From IMG/VR virus record IMGVR_UViG_3300036846_000738, positions 12,616 through 76,615 of that record: a stretch of DNA of 64,000 nucleotides, one strand, 5' to 3'. Below the pieces are notes generated by a model that was given only the letters and a program-made list of their open reading frames with translations, ran no database searches and was not told where the DNA came from. Positions 19,655-29,504 of this stretch are shown here, in pieces; position 1 is the stretch's first letter, and each line of letters starts with the position of its first letter. Both the position numbers and the translations under genes were made by a program. Source of the stretch: a virus.

Positions 19655-20269
19655 TTAGACCCAGTACCGGGTGAAGGCCGACAGCACGGCCTCGACCGAC
19701 GCGGGCACGCCGAGGCGATTGGCGGCGGTCCCGCCCAAGGTCGGCGTGTGGAACATGACGCGGCTTTCCTTGTGCGAGATCATGCGAACGCCGGTGACCT
19801 GAACCATCGCCAGTTGCGCCTTCCACGACGCCGCCATCAGGGTCAGGGCTTGCTTGAGCGCCAGCGGCGCATCATCGGGCAATTTATAGCCGCCGGTGTA
19901 ATGCACGATGATCGGCTCGTTACGGGCGGTGAAGATCGACAGCTTGCCGGAGGCTTCCTCCAGCTCATAATCAATCCGGTCTTCGCCGTTGGTCGTGACG
20001 CTCACAATGTCTTCCGCGAGGACCGGCCAATGCGAGAGATAAACCCGGCGGCTGCCAAGACAGCGCCACGTCTCTTCGACTTCTTCCTTGGCGAATACCC
20101 GATTGCACCACTCCGAGATCGTTGCCGAGTTGGCTTCGATTATCCATGTCCACTGATCGTCGGTGGCCGGAGTGCCGGTCGGCGCGCCGAGCGCTGTCTT
20201 CAGCTCGGCGAGCGTCATCAGTGCGAAGCTGTCCGCTGGCGTGAGAATTTTTACGCTGACATCCGCCAT
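19655..20269 (-). CDS. Head-tail connector (HK97 gp6-like/phiE125 gp8-like)
   Basis: LMTLAELKTAL, CNRVF, VHYTGGY..P..LKQA. Confidence 0.75.
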   Translation of the reverse strand: MADVSVKILTPADSFALMTLAELKTALGAPTGTPATDDQWTWIIEANSATISEWCNRVFAKEEVEETWRCLGSRRVYLSHWPVLAEDIVSVTTNGEDRIDYELEEASGKLSIFTARNEPIIVHYTGGYKLPDDAPLALKQALTLMAASWKAQLAMVQVTGVRMISHKESRVMFHTPTLGGTAANRLGVPASVEAVLSAFTRYWV

Positions 20270-20273
20270 GCGC

Positions 20274-21671
20274 TCACCTCACCTCCATCTGGAACTGTTC
20301 GAACAGCGAGCGCAGCTCCAGCGGCGGGCCTTCGCGGCCGTCCGACATGACTGGCACCGCGATGTAGTTGTCGCGGTCGAGCTGCCATTTCATGATCGTC
20401 ACCGGAATGCCGGAGGTGCCTTGCAGGCCGCGTTCACCGCGCTCGCCCTTCGGGCCGCTCTTGCCCTGCGAGGCAATCAACTGCCACCCGTCGCCCGGAC
20501 ATGGTCCCGGATTGTCGCGCTTGGCGATGAAGCTGCCGCCGTTGAGCGCCACGATGCTCAGCTTGCGATAAGTCGTGGTGTCCTTGAACAGGCCGCAAAT
20601 TTCCGGCGAGCGCCCGTCCTCACCATCCGCGCCTGCGCGCGCGATGCAAACCCAGTCCTTGCTGCTGACCGGCGCGTCCGCCGTGTCGCGCACCGCCTGA
20701 TAGGTGGCACCGCCATCGGTCACCACGTCGTTGGCGTAGTGAACACCGGGCTCCCAGATTTTGACGCGCGGGAGCGCTCCCATCAGGCCGCGCTCGCCCC
20801 GCTCACCGGGCTGGCCCGGCTCACCGCGTGCTCCGGGTACCCCCGGCTCGCCACGTAGTCCCATTTTTCCGATCTCGCCGGGCAGACCGCGCTCGCCACG
20901 TTCACCGCGTTCGCCGCGCTCGCCCTTGATGCTCAATCCTTGCTCGCCGTGGTCGCCCTTCTCGCCGCGTTCGCCGCGTTCGCCGACGTCGCCGGGCAGA
21001 CCGCGCTCGCCTGTAAGTCCGATCGGTCCGGTTGCACCGGGAACACCGGGTGATCCGGGAACACCGGGCGATCCGGGTTCGCCAGCGGGGCCGGGCTCAC
21101 CGACGTCGCCGCGCTCACCGCGTTCGCCTGTAAGTCCGATCGGTCCGGCCGCGCCGGGTTCACCAGCAGGACCGGGTTCGCCAATGGGACCGCGCTCACC
21201 GGCGGGGCCGGGCTCACCATCCTTGCCGGGCTCGCCAGCGGGGCCGGGCTCACCATCCTTGCCATCCTTGCCGTCCTTGCCGGGCTCGCCGATTGGGCCG
21301 GGTGGTCCGGCGAAGCCGGGCGGCCCGAGCGGTCCGGGCTGGCCAGCCGGACCCGCCTTGCCGATCTCGCCCTGCAGGCCACGTTCGCCGCGCTCACCGC
21401 GTTCACCGGCCGGACCAGTCGCCCCGTCGCGCAATTCGGACAGTCGGTCGCCAACCATTTTCTCGACCATGGCGCGCAGCTCGACGATCTGCGCACGCAG
21501 CTCGGCGATCGTGAGCTTGCCCTGCGTTTCCATCAGCTCGCGCTCGCGCGTCCACTGCTTGCGACTCGACGAAATTACCTGCCCGAGGGCATCGCGAAGC
21601 GCGTCAAGGGTTGCTTCGGTCATGATGGTCTGCGCGGGCGAGAAGGGCTCGATATTCGCTGGCAACGACAT
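20274..21671 (-). CDS. Collagen-like protein downstream of portal
   Basis: Long Gly-X-Y run (GERGERG, GEPGPAG); C-terminal DVVT.GG..W modules. Confidence 0.8.
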   Translation of the reverse strand: MSLPANIEPFSPAQTIMTEATLDALRDALGQVISSSRKQWTRERELMETQGKLTIAELRAQIVELRAMVEKMVGDRLSELRDGATGPAGERGERGERGLQGEIGKAGPAGQPGPLGPPGFAGPPGPIGEPGKDGKDGKDGEPGPAGEPGKDGEPGPAGERGPIGEPGPAGEPGAAGPIGLTGERGERGDVGEPGPAGEPGSPGVPGSPGVPGATGPIGLTGERGLPGDVGERGERGEKGDHGEQGLSIKGERGERGERGERGLPGEIGKMGLRGEPGVPGARGEPGQPGERGERGLMGALPRVKIWEPGVHYANDVVTDGGATYQAVRDTADAPVSSKDWVCIARAGADGEDGRSPEICGLFKDTTTYRKLSIVALNGGSFIAKRDNPGPCPGDGWQLIASQGKSGPKGERGERGLQGTSGIPVTIMKWQLDRDNYIAVPVMSDGREGPPLELRSLFEQFQMEVR

Positions 21672-23031
21672 CGCTGTAGTCCTTTGCCGAAGTGGGCGGC
21701 TGTGGCAGCTTTGGCGGCGGCTTCTCTGTCGCGGCGCCCGGTGGTTGAGGTGGTGCGCCCGGCGACGCTGGTGCCGCGGGAATAGCGGCGGCAGCCGACA
21801 GCGGAACCACCTGTTGCTGGACGCGGGGTTCGTCACCAAACTTGACCTCGTCCAAACTCTCCGAGGCCCGCGCTTCATTCGGCGAGAAGATGCCGCCCTG
21901 CACCGCGCGCGCCAGACCTTCGATGCGGTCCTTGAATGCAGATCGGAGCAGCGCCTTGGTATCGAACTCGACATACTCGTCGGGCTGGCCGTCGAGATTG
22001 AACAGCAGGCCGAAAGCGTCCTCGATATGATTGAGCGCAAAGCCGAGGCCGGAGGCGACCCACGACTGCATCAGCGCCTCGGTCGATCCAAACGGCGCGC
22101 CACCAATGCCAAGAATTTGCAGCGGCACCCGGAACGCCAGCGCAATGCGCTGCTCGGTCATCTTCATGACCTCGGCCAGCTCGGCATCCTTGGGCGCCGT
22201 CGATAGCGGCAATGGTTTGAGCCCCGCCGTCAGGATCGGCGTGCCGCCCTGCTTGAGGCCTTTTGATTGCTCGTCCCAGCGGTCACGAACAAACTGCAAT
22301 TGATCCTTGTCGAGTACGAGGTCGGTGCCGAGCACGAACGAAGGTCTCGCTTGGTTCAAGTAGAACGCAAGCTGTTGCGCTGTCATCGCCGTCGACGCCG
22401 CGATGTCCTGCAGCGCCGCTCCGACCGGAGTGTCGCCAACGAGTGGGAATGGATAGCGGCGCCGGGTCGCGTTCAGCCTGACATGCAGCACGTCGCGCTG
22501 CGGCACCAGCAGTTGTTCCTTGACCTGCCTGTCGATGACGGAATTGCCGCCGAGATAATAAAATACATCGCCGGTGACCGCGATCTGCGGATGACTCTGG
22601 CGCGGGTCCATCAGATGCAATTCATCGATCTCAAAGCGGTCGTTGCGCAGGGCGAGCGCGTAGGCATTGCCTTCCGAGTACAGCGAGCGCGTCAGGTTCA
22701 GCATGAAGTCTGACGGCGACTGGTAGCTGTTCGGGTAGCGCAGGATGCGCGCCAGCGCCGAATTGGTGACGCGATCGCGACCGTTCTTCTTGTTCAGCCG
22801 CCAATGATCACCGGGGCACATCGCCACCGTCTGCGCATAGGCCGACAAACACGCCTCGACCATCGCCGAGCTATCGAGCCCGGTTTGAGGGACGGTGCCT
22901 TCCTGCCACCAATTCCACGGCGATCCGGCGGGCAACCACCCGCCGGTCACCGGGAGATAGTAGGGGCCGGGATTGACCTCGCCCTCGCCCTTGGTCAGGA
23001 GCGGGCGAAATATCCGCGACAGCAAACCCAT
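21604..23031 (-). CDS. Portal protein (HK97 family)
   Basis: [38 protein letters not shown]. Confidence 0.93.
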   Translation of the reverse strand: MGLLSRIFRPLLTKGEGEVNPGPYYLPVTGGWLPAGSPWNWWQEGTVPQTGLDSSAMVEACLSAYAQTVAMCPGDHWRLNKKNGRDRVTNSALARILRYPNSYQSPSDFMLNLTRSLYSEGNAYALALRNDRFEIDELHLMDPRQSHPQIAVTGDVFYYLGGNSVIDRQVKEQLLVPQRDVLHVRLNATRRRYPFPLVGDTPVGAALQDIAASTAMTAQQLAFYLNQARPSFVLGTDLVLDKDQLQFVRDRWDEQSKGLKQGGTPILTAGLKPLPLSTAPKDAELAEVMKMTEQRIALAFRVPLQILGIGGAPFGSTEALMQSWVASGLGFALNHIEDAFGLLFNLDGQPDEYVEFDTKALLRSAFKDRIEGLARAVQGGIFSPNEARASESLDEVKFGDEPRVQQQVVPLSAAAAIPAAPASPGAPPQPPGAATEKPPPKLPQPPTSAKDYSDVVASEYRALLARADHHDRSNP

Positions 23032-23349
23032 TCAGGTTGTCGTCGCTGGCTTTGGCGTCGAGGCTCGCGTGGCGTAGCCGCCACTCGACGGCTTCGCCGC
23101 TTCCGACTGCCGGGTGACCTGCATCCGAAATTCCGGCTGCGGTCCGCTGCCGTCATCCTCGTGCTGTTCAAACGGCACGCCGAGCGCAGCGAGATCGTTT
23201 TCCTCCTGCGTCGGGGTTGGCCTTCCCTGATGGGCATAGGCCTCCTCGACTGACTTGGCTTTTGCTTCGGCGCTTTGCTTGACCTGCTCTTTGGCGTGCG
23301 CGGTCGCCTGCTCACGGTTCTGTGCATTTGGGTCTTTTGGGTCCGCCAT
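23032..23349 (-). CDS. Small hypothetical protein after capsid gene
   Basis: AAAAGGA RBS; PTPTQEENDLAALG. Confidence 0.6.
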   Translation of the reverse strand: MADPKDPNAQNREQATAHAKEQVKQSAEAKAKSVEEAYAHQGRPTPTQEENDLAALGVPFEQHEDDGSGPQPEFRMQVTRQSEAAKPSSGGYATRASTPKPATTT

Positions 23350-23425
23350 AGGATGTTCCTTTTCGGGTGTCTGTAGAGTTGAAGGGGTGAAGCCCGGCGC
23401 GCGGCCGGGCTTCGGGTTTGTCAAC

Positions 23426-25660
23426 TCACCAAGTAACGCCAGCGATCCACGCCACGACGCCGGAGCGCCGCATCGTCCAGTTCAGCGGCAGAATGAGCCG
23501 CAACGCCAGCGAGTCGGTCTGGAACATCGACATGGCCGGAGCTGCTACAACTGGCGGAGTGCCAACCGAGGCGAGCTGCAGCGGGTTGGTGTCTTCCATG
23601 TGCAGCGTGGCCTGATCACTGATCTCGAACCGCGGAGCATCGCCCGCGACCGAGACGTAGTCGGCCGCATCAAGACAGATCACTGTGCCAAGCGGCACCG
23701 TGCCGGACTGGATCAGCGGCCTGCCATTCAGTTTGCCCGCGTTGATTTCCTCCCGGAACGGGAACAGCCCGGACGGATTCGGCGGCTGAATGAACCCGAT
23801 CGAAAGCGCCTGTTGCGGGTTCATGATGAAGACCATGTTGCGGATGTTTCCGTTGGTGGCCGTCAGAATGGCGCCGCTCAGTTGCTTGAGATCGCCGACG
23901 AGGGCAGCGAAGGCCCCGTTCGTGATCGGCGTGGGTGTCAGACCAGACACGCCGTTGCGCAGACCGGGCGGCCGAATCGCGGTCGCTGGGTTGACATCGA
24001 GCAAGACGGTGTCGATCGAGACCGCGGTGTCCTGCTGAATGGCGTCACGCAGCAGTCCTTCAATGGCGGGCACAGAGTGCTCATCCATCTCCCTAGTCCA
24101 CGTCGATATGACGGCCATTTTCTTGGGCGTCAGCGTCTGGCTGGCGAACCCCGCCTGACGCACCGGAATCGGCGCGCCTTCGCCGACGAACGATCCGGCG
24201 ACGGTGGGGGTCAGATTGCGGGTCGGAATGATGATCCGACCATTGCGCCCGAAGCTGAGCTTCAGCCCCAGCGCCGACAGCGACGGGAAAACCGAAGCCG
24301 GGAGCAGGGTCGGCATCAGATCGGTGACAATCTGCTGCACCAGTTCCGCGGCCCAGCCCGAGACCGTGGTCATCGCCGGAGCGGATGCCGCTTTCAGGGT
24401 CAGGTCGCAAACCGCCTTGGTGGCTTCGTCGTCGCCATAGATTTTCTGGCGGGCTTCGTCGATCGAGACGTTCATCGAGCGCGCCATCGCGCGAACGGTG
24501 CCCGCCCGAACCAGAAACTCAAGCGGCTCCAACTTCTTCGGCGGCAGACTGAACGGCCGACGCTCGCCGTTCCGGAGGACGACGCTGTGGGTCGGCTGAT
24601 GCTCATCGTCTTCGATGGATTTCGCCGCCCGGAGTTCGGATTGCTTCAGCGTGGTGTAGAGTTCGTCCTGATCGGCAATCCTCTTGTTGATTTCCTTGGT
24701 GGTTTCGAGATCGGCGTCGGTGACGTTGGCATCGTCAACCGCTTCCAGATGCGCCATCAACTGATCGCGCAATTGGACTAGCCGCTGTTCGCATTCCTGT
24801 ATTCTTTTCGTGAGGGGTGACATTGTCCTGTTCTTTCTGACAGGAGACGTTTCGGCTTGCCCGCCGTTCGAACCGCGGCGACCGACGACGCTTAGGTCTT
24901 TTTTGTTGCCTTGCTCGGCAAAGACCCTGTCGATGGTGTCACGGGAGATGTTGAGCGACTTTGCAATCGCTAATGCATTCGGATTGGCCGGGATCGCGAC
25001 CAGTGAGGTCTCGACCAGTTCGGTTCGCTTGAAGCGCAGACCGTCGCCGTTCTTGGTCAGCGGCTCGGATTGCTTCGGCACAAAACCGACCGACACGGCG
25101 CGCAGCACGTTCTGCTCGACCAGCGAGATGATCTCGTTGATCCGGGCCGACGTTCCTTTCTTGGCGAGCTGCAGATGGCCGCGCAGTGCGCCGTTGACGG
25201 TCCGCAAATTGCGCCATGTGCCGATCGGGAAATCGCTGCGGTGATTAAACAGCGCCACCGGGTTTTTCTTGAAATTTTCCAAATCCCAACCCTCGGCCTC
25301 GATCACATCGCCCATCCGATCCGGCGTCGCGTCGGACAACACAAATTCGAGACCGTTGCCTTCGGAGACGTGGGTCTTGTGCAGCACCGCGCGGGCGCCA
25401 GTGCGCTCCTCCCATGCCAGTTGGCAGGCGTCCTCGTCGCCATCTTCGGCCATGCAACGATCCATGAAGTCCTCTTGGCTTTCGTCATCTTCCGGCGTGC
25501 ATTGCTTGGTCAGGGCCTTGTCCTTGTTGCGCCAGATGTCGAGACAGATCGCGACCGCCTGATCCTGCGGACGCTTGCTGTCGCCGGTGCCGATCATCTC
25601 GGGCACACACCTCGCGCTGAACTCTGATTGGCTTTCGCCCGGCTTCGGTTTCATTGGCAT
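23426..25660 (-). CDS. Prohead protease - major capsid protein fusion (HK97 fold)
   Basis: DRMGDVI, NPVALFNH, SVGF.P, ETSLVAIPANPNA protease motifs; FVGEGAPIP, LTPKK, SMFQTDSLALR capsid motifs; GGAGG RBS. Confidence 0.95.
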   Translation of the reverse strand: MPMKPKPGESQSEFSARCVPEMIGTGDSKRPQDQAVAICLDIWRNKDKALTKQCTPEDDESQEDFMDRCMAEDGDEDACQLAWEERTGARAVLHKTHVSEGNGLEFVLSDATPDRMGDVIEAEGWDLENFKKNPVALFNHRSDFPIGTWRNLRTVNGALRGHLQLAKKGTSARINEIISLVEQNVLRAVSVGFVPKQSEPLTKNGDGLRFKRTELVETSLVAIPANPNALAIAKSLNISRDTIDRVFAEQGNKKDLSVVGRRGSNGGQAETSPVRKNRTMSPLTKRIQECEQRLVQLRDQLMAHLEAVDDANVTDADLETTKEINKRIADQDELYTTLKQSELRAAKSIEDDEHQPTHSVVLRNGERRPFSLPPKKLEPLEFLVRAGTVRAMARSMNVSIDEARQKIYGDDEATKAVCDLTLKAASAPAMTTVSGWAAELVQQIVTDLMPTLLPASVFPSLSALGLKLSFGRNGRIIIPTRNLTPTVAGSFVGEGAPIPVRQAGFASQTLTPKKMAVISTWTREMDEHSVPAIEGLLRDAIQQDTAVSIDTVLLDVNPATAIRPPGLRNGVSGLTPTPITNGAFAALVGDLKQLSGAILTATNGNIRNMVFIMNPQQALSIGFIQPPNPSGLFPFREEINAGKLNGRPLIQSGTVPLGTVICLDAADYVSVAGDAPRFEISDQATLHMEDTNPLQLASVGTPPVVAAPAMSMFQTDSLALRLILPLNWTMRRSGVVAWIAGVTW

Positions 25661-25721
25661 CGCAAATTCCTCCACGCTTTCAGTGGGTTGGTATCATGTG
25701 CGAAAAGTCTGATATGACCCC

Positions 25722-25750
25722 TTGACGTATAGGCCGAAATGGCCTACATC
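25722..25750 (+). promoter_or_regulatory. Promoter/operator repeat copy 1
   Basis: TTGACG-TATAGGCCGAAATGGCC(17)-TACATC. Confidence 0.8.
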
Positions 25751-25769
25751 AGGGTTGAAAGGAAACCTG

Positions 25770-26567
25770 ATGACGCTGTTCAATCGCCACGGCCAAGAAC
25801 ATCACGGCCCGCACGCGCTCGACGCCAAGGGCGCCGCCTACATCGTTCGCGCCCGGCTGTGCAGGCGGTGCGGTGGCGCTGGCGGCTCCGAGGCTTGGCG
25901 CCACACCGGCTACACCTGCTACGATTGCGGTGGCCGCGGGTCCTGCGGCACTGAAACCGTCAAGCTCTACTCGGCCGAGCAACTGGCGAAGCTGAACGCC
26001 CGCAAGGCCAAGGCGGACGCCAAGCGCGCCGCCGCCGCCAAGGCCAAGGCCGACAAGGCCGCCGCGGAAGCCGCGGCCAATGCGGAAGCCTTCCGCGCCG
26101 CGCACGCCGAGCTGATCGCCAAGTCGGCGCCTCACATGGCCAACGAGTTCATCGGCGACGTGATGGGCCGGGCGCTGGCGAAAAACGACATCAGCGAAAA
26201 ACAGGAGGCCGCGGTCCTCGCTGCGGTTGAGCGGATCGAGGCGCGGGCGGTCGTGGCCGCCGCATCCAACCATGTCGGCACGGTCGGCAAGCGGTTCGAT
26301 GTCGCGGTCACGGTCGACCGGGTCGCCTCTTTCGCCCGGCCCGCGTTCCGCGGCTACGGCGCCATGGAAACGGTCTGGATCGTCACCATGCGCGACGCCG
26401 ACGGCAACGCGATCGTCACCAAGTCCTCGGTGTTCTCTCCGGAAAAGGGCGAGCGGTTCACGCTGCGCGCCACGGTCAAGGAGCACTCCGAGTACAACGG
26501 CGAAAAGCAAACCATCGTCAACCGGGCAAAGATTATTGAGCCCGCAACAGGAGGAAGTGTGAAGTGA
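25770..26567 (+). CDS. Zn-finger (CxxCxGxG x2) plus C-terminal OB-fold-like protein
   Basis: GAAAGGA RBS; CRRCGGAG, CYDCGGRG; HVGTVGKR...ATVKEHSEYNGEKQT. Confidence 0.75.
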   Translation: MTLFNRHGQEHHGPHALDAKGAAYIVRARLCRRCGGAGGSEAWRHTGYTCYDCGGRGSCGTETVKLYSAEQLAKLNARKAKADAKRAAAAKAKADKAAAEAAANAEAFRAAHAELIAKSAPHMANEFIGDVMGRALAKNDISEKQEAAVLAAVERIEARAVVAAASNHVGTVGKRFDVAVTVDRVASFARPAFRGYGAMETVWIVTMRDADGNAIVTKSSVFSPEKGERFTLRATVKEHSEYNGEKQTIVNRAKIIEPATGGSVK

Positions 26568-26857
26568 TCAAGGTCAAATATTCCAGCGTCGACGGCTACC
26601 GCAAAGTGAAGTCATTCAAGACGCTCAAGGGCGCGCGCAAGTACGCGCAATTTATGATCGGCAAGAACCCCGACATGGGCAGCAGCTATGCCGTCAGCAA
26701 CGACGGCATCGGCAAAATCGAAATCGGCGCCGGGGCCGCGCTGGCCGATTTGTTCGGCGACGAGCGCGAGGGCGAAGAGGCTCCCGGTTTCGACAGCCCG
26801 CGGGCGCCGGAATGGACTGGCTTCGATAGTTCCGAAATCGACATCACGGAACCGTGA
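26564..26857 (+). CDS. Hypothetical protein
   Basis: GGAGG RBS; stop sits at the next repeat. Confidence 0.7.
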   Translation: MIKVKYSSVDGYRKVKSFKTLKGARKYAQFMIGKNPDMGSSYAVSNDGIGKIEIGAGAALADLFGDEREGEEAPGFDSPRAPEWTGFDSSEIDITEP

Positions 26858-26868
26858 TATACGTCCTC

Positions 26869-26897
26869 TTGACGTATAGGCCGAAATGGCCTACATT
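26869..26897 (+). promoter_or_regulatory. Promoter/operator repeat copy 2
   Basis: TTGACG-TATAGGCCGAAATGGCC-TACATT; hairpin 26907-26933 follows. Confidence 0.85.
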
Positions 26898-26947
26898 AGG
26901 CCTGTTGGGAACGGGCGATTAGCGCCGGTTCCCGGAAAGCCCCAACC

Positions 26948-27106
26948 ATGAAACACGCCGTGATGACCCTCGCCGCCCTCGAAGCCGCGCTCTACGCGCT
27001 CTACGCCACGGCCAGCCTTGAAGAGGCGGTGCTCGCCTACCGCGCCGAGCTGGCCCACGAATACCGCGCCCGGACCGGAACTTGGTTTGCTGCCCGTTAT
27101 TACTGA
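26948..27106 (+). CDS. 52-aa hypothetical protein (below ORF-track cutoff)
   Basis: MKHAVMTLAALEAALYALYATASLEEAVLAYRAELAHEYRARTGTWFAARYY; fills the space between repeat copies 2 and 3. Confidence 0.65.
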   Translation: MKHAVMTLAALEAALYALYATASLEEAVLAYRAELAHEYRARTGTWFAARYY

Positions 27107-27115
27107 TACGACCTC

Positions 27116-27144
27116 TTGACATATAGGCCATAATGGCCTACATT
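27116..27144 (+). promoter_or_regulatory. Promoter/operator repeat copy 3
   Basis: TTGACA-TATAGGCCATAATGGCC-TACATT; hairpin 27154-27176 follows. Confidence 0.85.
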
Positions 27145-27195
27145 GAACCTGTAGGGATCGCGATGGTCGCGGCCCCGGAAAAACGAAAGGACCCC

Positions 27196-27636
27196 ATGTC
27201 CGAGTATGGAAGCCTCCGCGAAAAGATCGCGGCAGAATCGGAAGCCCGCAAGATCAAGTACGCGGCTTTCGAGGTGGCTTACGCAAAGGCCGCCGCGGCG
27301 GGCAAGGCCGCCGGTGAGGCCGCGATGCCTTGCCCGATGATCGTCCAACAGCGCGCGTCGCCGCTCAATGACAACTCGGTGGTGGTGCAGCAGTGGCGCG
27401 TGCCCGAGGGCATGTGCGGCTTTGCTTGGGTCACGGTCTCTCCCGGCAACTGCGCGTTCGCGAATTGGCTCAAGAAGAACAAGTTCGCCAGCAAGGCCTA
27501 CGGTGGCGGCGTCCAAATCTGGATCAACGCCTTCAATCAGTCGGTCGAGCGAAAGGAAGCCTGCGCCAACGCGATGGCTGCGGTGCTGCGCGAAGAACTC
27601 GGCGTCAAGGCCTTTAGCGGTTCGCGATTGGACTGA
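27196..27636 (+). CDS. Conserved-looking phage hypothetical protein (CGFAWV motif)
   Basis: GAAAGGACCCC RBS; GMCGFAWV...QSVERKEA.A.A...SRLD. Confidence 0.75.
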   Translation: MSEYGSLREKIAAESEARKIKYAAFEVAYAKAAAAGKAAGEAAMPCPMIVQQRASPLNDNSVVVQQWRVPEGMCGFAWVTVSPGNCAFANWLKKNKFASKAYGGGVQIWINAFNQSVERKEACANAMAAVLREELGVKAFSGSRLD

Positions 27637-27673
27637 CCCGACCCGTGGGGCGGCGGCGGCGAGCCCACCTAAA

Positions 27674-27737
27674 GCCTCGCCTGCCTAGCCTCGCCAAAAC
27701 CCGGCCGAGCCCCGCCGCGCCTATCCGCACCTTGCCT
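27674..27737. repeat. Degenerate 5-nt periodic (CC-NNN) tract
   Basis: About 13 CC dinucleotides spaced ~5 nt apart in an intergenic gap. Confidence 0.55.
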
Positions 27738-27778
27738 CCGCCATCTTGCACGAAAGCTCGTAGAAACTGAAAGGAAAA

Positions 27779-28126
27779 ATGAAAATGAAAGTCTACTCAA
27801 GCCCGATCCCGGCGCCGGAATATGACTACGCCAATTACGACCGCGACAAGGTCATGGCGGCAGAGGACGAGCATAGCGTCAAGCTCAAGGCGTGGCTGCT
27901 GGCCAACGGCTACAACGGCAAGCGCACCGGCGAGATCGCCAGCTTCCCGATCGCCGACGGCTACGCCTCCTACATGCTCGGCGACGGCAAGAAGTCCTGC
28001 CTGATCCACCTGCCCTATGGCGACGCCTACAACTATCCCGACGTGCGGTTCCTGCCGAAGGCCGAAGTGCTCAAGCGGATCGACTCCAGCAAGCGCATGG
28101 CGGCCCTGTTTGCCAAAAAATCGTAA
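27779..28126 (+). CDS. Hypothetical protein
   Basis: GAAAGGA RBS; FPIADGYASYM...LIHL..GDAY. Confidence 0.75.
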   Translation: MKMKVYSSPIPAPEYDYANYDRDKVMAAEDEHSVKLKAWLLANGYNGKRTGEIASFPIADGYASYMLGDGKKSCLIHLPYGDAYNYPDVRFLPKAEVLKRIDSSKRMAALFAKKS

Positions 28127-28135
28127 TACGACCTC

Positions 28136-28164
28136 TTGACGTATAGGCCACAATGGCCTAGCTT
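28136..28164 (+). promoter_or_regulatory. Promoter/operator repeat copy 4
   Basis: TTGACG-TATAGGCCACAATGGCC-TAGCTT; hairpin 28174-28196 follows. Confidence 0.85.
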
Positions 28165-28217
28165 GAACTTGCAGGGACCGCGGTAGTCGCGGTTCCGGGA
28201 ACCTCGAAAGGACCCGA

Positions 28218-28421
28218 ATGTCTTGGAAATCGGAAGTGATCGCTGATAGCAGCGGCAAGTGGGCAGGCAACGCGCTGCGCTTCGCCACCAAGGAAGAGGC
28301 AGAGCGCTACGTCGGCGACCTCTCAATGCGCTGGCTGGCGGTGCGCGAAACCCGCGCGGTCGAGAGTGACGAGCCGGTCAACTACGCCATCGTCGAAAAC
28401 GTCCTCACGGCGCTGAGCTGA
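28218..28421 (+). CDS. Hypothetical protein
   Basis: GAAAGGACCCG RBS; WAGNALRFATKEEAE. Confidence 0.75.
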   Translation: MSWKSEVIADSSGKWAGNALRFATKEEAERYVGDLSMRWLAVRETRAVESDEPVNYAIVENVLTALS

Positions 28422-28424
28422 TCG

Positions 28425-28619
28425 ATGGCCAGAAAACCGAGTGCAAAGAAACTGGCAGAGGCGCGGATCAACCGCGCCGTCGTCGGGTTCCAAATCCCGA
28501 TGCTGTCAATCCCGAAACTGTATCGGGCGCTGGAAGCGGCGATCGCTCTCAACATGTCTGACGCTGAATTGAAGGCGGTGGTCGCCGCCTTCCCCCGCGT
28601 GATCACACTGGAGCAATGA
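28425..28619 (+). CDS. Hypothetical protein
   Basis: Tightly packed in cassette. Confidence 0.6.
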   Translation: MARKPSAKKLAEARINRAVVGFQIPMLSIPKLYRALEAAIALNMSDAELKAVVAAFPRVITLEQ

Positions 28620-28620
28620 A

Positions 28621-29244
28621 ATGGGCTGGACCTTCTATCACAAGCCGAAGGGCATCAAGGCGATCGACGCGATCACGCGCGAGCTAGGCCCCGCCTTTAT
28701 GGCACAGCGTTTCGTCGTCGCCTCGGCCACGATCAACGCGGTCCATATCGTCGCGAAATATCATGAGCCGGACAGCAAGGTCTATGTCCCCGACGCCGAC
28801 GGCATGGTGCGCGCAATCCTCGTGTTCAGCATCCGGAGCGTGCCAAAGGCCAAGGACGGCCACAACTTCGGCTACAAGGACATGGATGAAGCCATGGGTC
28901 CTTACGGCTGCGAGTGCGCGCCCTCGATCATCGCCGCGGCCTCGCCGCTGCGCGATCCGATCGGACCGGAGCCGGAGTATTCGAGCCTGCGATCGGCGCG
29001 GGACTACCGCGAGCGCTCGCTGGCGATGTCCAAGGCCAAGGCCGCCAAGCGCGGCTTGAAGGTTGGCGCCAAGATCAAGCTGCCGAAACCGCTCTCGTTC
29101 TCCGGAATCCTGCTCGACGAGTTCGTCGTCGATCGCTGCCGGGTGCGCGGCCGGAAGGGCCAATCGACCGTGTTCCGGTCGGTCAAGACCGGCGGCCTGT
29201 ACGGCCTGTCCGCCCGCGATCTGGCGGAGGCGGTGGTCTCGTGA
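28621..29244 (+). CDS. DUF6927-like protein
   Basis: MGW start, FGYKDMDEAMGP..C.C motif. Confidence 0.65.
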   Translation: MGWTFYHKPKGIKAIDAITRELGPAFMAQRFVVASATINAVHIVAKYHEPDSKVYVPDADGMVRAILVFSIRSVPKAKDGHNFGYKDMDEAMGPYGCECAPSIIAAASPLRDPIGPEPEYSSLRSARDYRERSLAMSKAKAAKRGLKVGAKIKLPKPLSFSGILLDEFVVDRCRVRGRKGQSTVFRSVKTGGLYGLSARDLAEAVVS

Positions 29245-29444
29245 CCGACAATCTCGAAACCGAACTTGAAGCGCTGATCGACCGTCACGGCCTGACGCAC
29301 GTTGTCAACACCCTGTCGGTGATCTGCGCCGAGAAGGCCGACCACCTGATCGGCAATTGGCAGGACAAGAACGCTGCGAAAGTTTGGGCGGCTGACAGCC
29401 GCGTGCTCGACAAGGCCGCCCGCGCCATCCGATCCGATGGCTAA
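29241..29444 (+). CDS. Hypothetical protein
   Basis: GGAGG RBS, GTG start; LEALIDRHGL..V...ICAEKADHL..NWQD; stop at next repeat. Confidence 0.7.
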   Translation: MTDNLETELEALIDRHGLTHVVNTLSVICAEKADHLIGNWQDKNAAKVWAADSRVLDKAARAIRSDG

Positions 29445-29453
29445 TACGACCCC

Positions 29454-29482
29454 TTGACATATAGGCCGGAATGGCCTATATT
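29454..29482 (+). promoter_or_regulatory. Promoter/operator repeat copy 5
   Basis: TTGACA-TATAGGCCGGAATGGCC-TATATT. Confidence 0.88.
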
Positions 29483-29504
29483 GAGGTTGTCAGGAAAGTA
29501 AGCC

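Noticed and set aside
25722-25769. ORF-track starts MTYRP(K/Q)WP and MAYI at repeat copies (25722, 27133, 30544)
   Set aside because: These translate the promoter repeat itself; proper RBS-ATG pairs lie downstream (25770, 27196, 30598).
28124-28147. Resemblance of TAATACGAC...TATAGG to the T7 promoter
   Set aside because: Five extra bases separate the two parts and no single-subunit RNA polymerase is seen; treated as coincidence.
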